This document shows, piece after piece, positions 25,125-25,450 of a stretch of 25,450 nucleotides of DNA. The first letter of the stretch is position 1; the number at the start of each line of letters is the position of its first letter. The position numbers and the translations under genes are program-made. Under the pieces are notes generated by a model that was not told the origin of the DNA, did no database searches, and worked only from the letters and a program-made list of their open reading frames with translations. Source of the DNA: Vicinamibacterales bacterium (GTDB lineage Bacteria > Acidobacteriota > Vicinamibacteria > Vicinamibacterales > UBA2999); assembly GCA_035557875.1 (NCBI GenBank), contig DATMDI010000593.1, positions 1-25,450 on the forward strand, read 5' to 3'.

Positions 25125-25130
25125 TAATAT
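25125..25130 (+). promoter_or_regulatory. Putative -10 box (TAATAT) 5 nt before ATG 25136
   Basis: AT-rich island, no SD. Confidence 0.4.
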
Positions 25131-25135
25131 CGCCC

Positions 25136-25450
25136 ATGACCCTACTGCCCGCCTCACATCACTCCGCGGAGCCAGGTCACGGACGACTCTCTGGAGTGAT
25201 TCCACCGGCGCCGATCGAGCAGCTCGGCGAAGCCATCGCCGCGCTCGCGGCGCGCCTGCACGCCGCCACCCACGAACTGCTCGTCCTGCTCCGCGAGTTC
25301 GACGAGCGCGCCGGCTGGAACAACGGGTTCCTGTCCTGCGCGCACTGGCTGCATTGGCGAACCGGCATCGATCTCGGCGCCGCGCGGGAGAAGGTGCGCG
25401 TCGCCAAGGCGCTGGCCGCCTTGCCGCGGCTGAGCGATGCCATGCAGCGC
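25136..25450 (+). CDS. DUF222-family (often HNH endonuclease-fused, 13E12-repeat-like) protein, N-terminal part
   Basis: Not in ORF track; hand translation MTLLPASHH...IEQLGEAIAALAARLHAATHELLVLLREFDERAGWNNGFLSCAHWLHWRTGIDLGAAREKVRVAKAL..LP, open to the window end. An HNH domain cannot be seen here. Confidence 0.82.
   Translation, partial: MTLLPASHHSAEPGHGRLSGVIPPAPIEQLGEAIAALAARLHAATHELLVLLREFDERAGWNNGFLSCAHWLHWRTGIDLGAAREKVRVAKALAALPRLSDAMQR

Noticed and set aside
24832-25137. 101-aa minus-strand ORF MGDIKPSDLRR...
   Set aside because: No recognisable motif or SD; its start codon overlaps the ATG of the well-supported DUF222 gene. It cannot be fully excluded as a remnant.

Overview
High-GC bacterial chromosomal window. 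The gene families present suggest Acidobacteriota, Vicinamibacteria-like; this is inference. It holds about 22 genes, most with export signals. From the left: a DUF1592-type diheme protein and its DUF1552 partner (minus, partner truncated by the window); a lower-GC orphan resembling a stand-alone POTRA domain; an ankyrin-repeat/cupin fusion; a PafA/PhoK-like alkaline phosphatase; LysR; DUF4097; a Tat-signal MmgE/PrpD protein. A long minus-strand run follows (MetE-like enzyme, secreted kinase-fold protein, PEGA protein, beta-barrel, C-terminal CxxCH cytochrome, HupE/UreJ, membrane-anchored partner, GlpQ, Zn-ribbon protein, carboxylesterase). The right end carries a Tat DsrE-like protein, a cytochrome c-PQQ dehydrogenase, a broken VOC gene, an EEP-family gene and the start of a DUF222(-HNH) gene. 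No rRNA, tRNA, CRISPR array or transposase was seen. Signals outside the ORF track: a 34-bp palindromic element present twice in-frame inside one gene, GTGG-capped REP hairpins between convergent genes, an orphan ArsR C-terminal remnant, and TAnnnT boxes 5-8 nt before many start codons (probable leaderless mRNAs). Family calls come from motif recognition, not database searches.
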